DNA of 64,000 nucleotides from Limnochordia bacterium (GTDB taxonomy: Bacteria; Bacillota; Limnochordia; DTU080): assembly GCA_050951545.1 (NCBI GenBank), contig JBMNJG010000012.1:320001-384000 (forward strand). Direction: 5' to 3'. The position numbers and the translations under genes are program-made. A model generated the notes under the pieces. The model did no database searches and was not told the origin of the DNA. It worked only from the letters and a program-made list of their open reading frames with translations. Below, in pieces: positions 60,103 to 64,000 of the stretch; positions within the stretch are counted from its first letter, which is position 1; each line of letters opens with the position of its first letter.

Positions 60103-61815
60103 ATGGAAGTCATCAAGATCACTCCTCGCGGATACTGCTACGGCGTGGTTGACGCCATAAAAAAAGCTAGAGAGGCCGCACTCAATCCTGATGTGCCCCG
60201 CCCCATTTATATTCTGGGGCTCATCGTCCACAACAGACACGTCGTGGATAGACTGCGGGATGAACATGGCGTTATATCGCTGGATGGGACTGATCGGTTA
60301 GCCCTTCTCAATAGTATTGACAAGGGCACGGTGATCTTCACAGCACATGGTGTCTCGCCAGAAGTAAAACGGCAGGCTGAAGCTAGAGGGCTGACCTGCA
60401 TCGATGCCACCTGTCCGGATGTGACGCGCACCCATATTCTAGTACAGCAGTTGGCGAAGCGCGGCTACCACATCATTTATGTGGGCAAGTCCGGTCATCC
60501 CGAATCCGAAGGCGTGCTCGGAGAGGCGCCTGATCATGTACATCTCGTAGAGAATGCTGCGGATGTGGATGCGCTACAACTGCCGTGTGGGCCTCTCGCT
60601 GTGACCACGCAGACTACCCTGAGCCAATGGGATACGAGCGATCTCATTGCCCATATCTGCCAGCGCTACCCCCGCATAGAGGTGCACAACGAGATATGTC
60701 TCGCTACCCAAGAACGTCAGGCTGCCGCTGTGGAAGCCGCCGCTGATGTGGATGTAGTGATTGTGGTCGGAGACTCCCGGTCCAACAACTCCAACCGCCT
60801 CGTACAGGTGGTAAAAGAGAGGGCGCATAAGCCAGCCTATCTCGTCGACAACGCGCAAAGCATTCGACCAGAGTGGCTTGTCGGCAGCAAGCGGGTAGCG
60901 GTCACCGCTGGATCGTCTACCCCCACTGGGCTCACCCGAGACGTGATTGAAACTCTCGAACGGTGGCCCGTAGCGACGCCTGTCGTGGACCCAATGGAAC
61001 TGGCCCGCTCTCACTATGAGAACTTCACCGTCTTGTCATGGTTGCTGCCTGGCACTTTGCGCCAAGACGTTGCCAATCTTTACGCCTATTGCCGTACGGT
61101 AGATGATCTGGGGGACGAAGCGTCCGGAGACCGCTTGGCTCTCCTTGCCTGCTTTGAGTCTGACTTGCGTCGTTGCTTCACAGCGACGCCTGAGCATCCG
61201 GTCTTAATCGCCTTGCAGCAGACTATTCGGCGTCATGATCTTCCTGAAGAGCCCTTTTTACGCTTGATCACCGCTAATCGGCGAGATCAGCAGAAAACGC
61301 GCTATGCCACATGGGAGCAGCTACTCGATTACTGCACCTACTCGGCCAATCCAGTGGGTCGGCTCTACCTGCACATCATTGGCTACACGGACTCTACACG
61401 CCACATGCTGGCAGACGCAACCTGCACGGCACTGCAGTTGGTGAATTTCTGGCAGGATATCTCTCGCGACGCCAAGATGGGGCGTCTGTACATCCCTCAA
61501 CAGGCGCTACAGGCCGCCGGGGTAAGCGAGAGCGACGTGTTCGAGGCAAGGGATTCGGCATCCTCAGCGGCTCTGGCAGGCCAGTTATGTGACTATACCC
61601 GGAGTTTTTTTGAGCGTGGTTTGGCTTTGCTGCCCATGCTGCCCTGGCCCCACCGCTATAACGTACGTTTGTTCTCTGCTGGCGGCATGGCCATTCTCAG
61701 AGCTGTCGAACAGCATCAACACACCGCTCTGTCTCAGCGGCCAGTATTGTCCAGGTCGCAGAAATGCGGCCTCGCTCTTCGGGCGCTCCTGCCGCGACCT
61801 CTCGGAGGTGTGTAG
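60103..61815 (+). CDS. ispH: fusion: IspH (HMBPP reductase) + HpnC (hydroxysqualene synthase)
   Basis: GYCYGV, IVHN, AHG, DATCP, HPE, ICLATQERQ, SNNS, TAGSSTP, then in frame SHYENF, YAYCRTVDDLGDE, YC.YSANPVGR, LQLVNFWQD, GRLYIP. Confidence 0.92.
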   Translation: MEVIKITPRGYCYGVVDAIKKAREAALNPDVPRPIYILGLIVHNRHVVDRLRDEHGVISLDGTDRLALLNSIDKGTVIFTAHGVSPEVKRQAEARGLTCIDATCPDVTRTHILVQQLAKRGYHIIYVGKSGHPESEGVLGEAPDHVHLVENAADVDALQLPCGPLAVTTQTTLSQWDTSDLIAHICQRYPRIEVHNEICLATQERQAAAVEAAADVDVVIVVGDSRSNNSNRLVQVVKERAHKPAYLVDNAQSIRPEWLVGSKRVAVTAGSSTPTGLTRDVIETLERWPVATPVVDPMELARSHYENFTVLSWLLPGTLRQDVANLYAYCRTVDDLGDEASGDRLALLACFESDLRRCFTATPEHPVLIALQQTIRRHDLPEEPFLRLITANRRDQQKTRYATWEQLLDYCTYSANPVGRLYLHIIGYTDSTRHMLADATCTALQLVNFWQDISRDAKMGRLYIPQQALQAAGVSESDVFEARDSASSAALAGQLCDYTRSFFERGLALLPMLPWPHRYNVRLFSAGGMAILRAVEQHQHTALSQRPVLSRSQKCGLALRALLPRPLGGV

Positions 61816-62672
61816 TGGATCATTCTCTAGCTGATGCCTATGCTGCTTGCGCGGCGCACACTCGTGCTGAAGCCAAGAACTTCTATTACGCGTTTATTCT
61901 GTTGCCGCCGTCACGACGAAGAGCCATCTATGCACTGTATTCGTTCTGCCGTACCGTGGATGATGCAGCCGATCTTGCGCCTTCTGTGGCGGAAGCGGAG
62001 TCTCAGCTCAACAGCCTACGCCATGATCTGACATTGTGCCTTTCAGGATGTCCGTCGGGCCCGCTGTTTGCTGCTCTTGCGGACACCATTGCCCGCTTTG
62101 GCGTGAAGTCTGAGCATCTGATGGCAGTGATCGACGGAGTTCAGCAAGACCTCACTGTCACGCGTTACGACAACTTTGAACAGCTACGAGAGTATTGCTG
62201 GAAAGTGGCCAGTGCTGTGGGATTACTCTCATTGCCGGTTTTTGGCTATCGCGACCCGCAGGCTGTGGAGTATGCTGAAGATCTAGGTCTCGCCATGCAG
62301 CTTACGAACATTTTGCGTGACATCAAAGAGGATCTCGAGCGGGGGCGTATCTACTTGCCCCAGGATGAGCTGTCAAGTTACGGCATCAGGGAGGAGGCAC
62401 TAGCCAGCGGTGTGGTAGACGAGGCATTCCGCGATTTTCTCGCATTTCAGGTGCGGCGGGCGCGTCACTACTTTCAGTCCGGTAGCCGCCTCATTCCGTT
62501 GGTATCGTACTCCTCTCGCATTTGTCCCATGATGCTGCAAGCCTTGTACTCTCGAGTCTTGGACCACATTGAGCGAGCAGGCTACGACGTTTTCTCTCAG
62601 CGACGAGGGCCTTCAGATGCCGAGAAGGTATTCCTCCTCTTAGGAGCGTGTCTGCGATGTCTTCTTCCGTAG
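61815..62672 (+). CDS. hpnD: presqualene diphosphate synthase
   Basis: NFYYAF, YSFCRTVDD, YC.KVASAVG, LGLAMQLTNILRDIKED..RGRIYLP; GTG overlaps the upstream TAG. Confidence 0.85.
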   Translation: MDHSLADAYAACAAHTRAEAKNFYYAFILLPPSRRRAIYALYSFCRTVDDAADLAPSVAEAESQLNSLRHDLTLCLSGCPSGPLFAALADTIARFGVKSEHLMAVIDGVQQDLTVTRYDNFEQLREYCWKVASAVGLLSLPVFGYRDPQAVEYAEDLGLAMQLTNILRDIKEDLERGRIYLPQDELSSYGIREEALASGVVDEAFRDFLAFQVRRARHYFQSGSRLIPLVSYSSRICPMMLQALYSRVLDHIERAGYDVFSQRRGPSDAEKVFLLLGACLRCLLP

Positions 62673-63997
62673 TGGTCATCGGCGCTGGTCTGGCCGGGAT
62701 CTCTGCGGCCTGTCACTTGGCTGACAGAGGGTTCACGGTGCATCTTCTAGAGAAAAGCAGCCGTCTGGGTGGACGGGCGGGCTCACACACTTTCTCAGAT
62801 GGCACAACAGTTCCTATGGGGAGTCACTTGACCTTGGGCTGCTGTTCCTCGTACCTTCAGCTTCTCGACGCGTTGGGGACGAGTGATCTCGTGACCATGC
62901 AGCAGCGATTGCACATCACGGTTGCCCATCAGGGTTGCCTGAGCACGCTGAAGGCAGTGGCTTTGCCCCATCCCCTGGCCTTGGTACCATCCTTCGTCAG
63001 TTACCCGTTTCTGGGCCCGAAGGCTAAGCTGGCAGTGGCGCGCGCCTTGCGAGCGATTGCCCGAGGGGCGGAACCCTTGCCGGGTGAGAGCTTCGCTGCA
63101 TGGCTAGAGCGTCACCATCAACCGATGCAGGCTCGTCAGTTTTTCTGGGAGCTTGTTACGGCCCCCACTCTGAATTCGCCAGCTGAGACAGCATCAGCTG
63201 AGTTTGCCCTACTTGTCTTTCGTTTGGCCGTCTTGGGAGGCCCGCAAACAGCAGCCTTGGGCTTCATCCCTGCTGCCGCCTCTGATCTCTTGAAACCAGT
63301 TAGCGAGTACCTGGCGCGCCGAGGTGGCCAGCTTCGTCTGCGTACAGCCGTAGAGCGGATCGACACCGCACCCCCCTCAGACCAGTGCTTGAGCCCCGGT
63401 GCTCGAATCTGGGTATATCTCAGAGACGGTGAGGTGCTCGCTGCGTCAACCGTGATCACAGCGGTGCCACACACAAACCTGCTCAGGATTCTGCCGCTGG
63501 CGTGGCGCCAGATGCCCGCCTTTGCCGATCTACGCAAGTTGGCCAGGCGGCCGGTCCTTGATGCCTTTCTCACTTACGATCGGCCGGTGCTGCGCGAGGC
63601 AGTGATCACTATCCCAGGACTCCCCGCTCTCTGGGTCTTCCCCAGCGCACCCCAGAAGGGTCTGCAGCAGATCGCTGTGTCTATCAGCTGTCCCGGGGAA
63701 TTGGCAGAATCTCGGGCTGCTCGCATCGCAAGCTGGGCTCACAACCAGCTAAGCGCAGCTTGCCCTACTGTGCTGGGCGCACGCCTAGTTCATGCTCGCG
63801 TCCAGAAGCATCAGGGAGCCACCTTCTCGGTAGCTCCCCAAGATCAACTGCTACGTCTGCCATCCGTCTCCCCGATCCCTGGGGTTGTTTTGGCTGGAGA
63901 CTGGACAGCTACGGGCTGGCCCGCCACGATGGAGGGGGCTGTGCGTAGCGGTTTGGCTGCAGCCTCTGCTGTCAGCGAGCCAGTCGCTCCAACGTGA
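62657..63997 (+). CDS. hpnE: hydroxysqualene dehydroxylase
   Basis: VIGAGLAG, LGGRAGS, LAGDWTATGWPATMEGAVRSG; follows hpnCD. Confidence 0.88.
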   Translation: MSSSVVVIGAGLAGISAACHLADRGFTVHLLEKSSRLGGRAGSHTFSDGTTVPMGSHLTLGCCSSYLQLLDALGTSDLVTMQQRLHITVAHQGCLSTLKAVALPHPLALVPSFVSYPFLGPKAKLAVARALRAIARGAEPLPGESFAAWLERHHQPMQARQFFWELVTAPTLNSPAETASAEFALLVFRLAVLGGPQTAALGFIPAAASDLLKPVSEYLARRGGQLRLRTAVERIDTAPPSDQCLSPGARIWVYLRDGEVLAASTVITAVPHTNLLRILPLAWRQMPAFADLRKLARRPVLDAFLTYDRPVLREAVITIPGLPALWVFPSAPQKGLQQIAVSISCPGELAESRAARIASWAHNQLSAACPTVLGARLVHARVQKHQGATFSVAPQDQLLRLPSVSPIPGVVLAGDWTATGWPATMEGAVRSGLAAASAVSEPVAPT

Positions 63998-64000
63998 CAC

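Overview
Moderately GC-rich chromosomal window from a spore-forming Bacillota (Firmicutes)-type bacterium. The assignment rests on a Leu T-box, a SAM-I riboswitch, a 6S RNA, an ArgR box and CotF-like genes; a diderm lineage is inferred, not shown. Most of it is housekeeping on the minus strand: ilvD, ilvBNC-leuA-leuC (ilvC broken by a +1 frameshift), argCJBD-carB (no carA or argF), lipA, queG, trxA, metNIQ, a bkdA1A2B-lipB cluster and an M42 peptidase. An ispH/hpnCDE squalene operon lies on the plus strand. The main points of interest are: (1) an atypical LuxR regulator followed by four secreted-protein genes that resemble a chaperone-usher-type pilus system (41.2-47.7 kb); (2) an ArsR-led operon encoding an uncharacterised ATP-grasp-like ligase, lysine 2,3-aminomutase and a cyclic amidohydrolase; (3) two fusions, IspH-HpnC and 5-formyl-THF cyclo-ligase-HAD; (4) a RING finger-TM-solute-binding-like membrane protein; (5) a MurA paralogue lacking its catalytic residues; (6) an archaeal-type ADP-dependent sugar kinase; and (7) dispersed palindromic intergenic repeats, one family of which supplies Shine-Dalgarno sequences to several genes. 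No tRNA, rRNA, CRISPR array or transposase was seen. All family assignments come from motif recognition by eye, not database searches.
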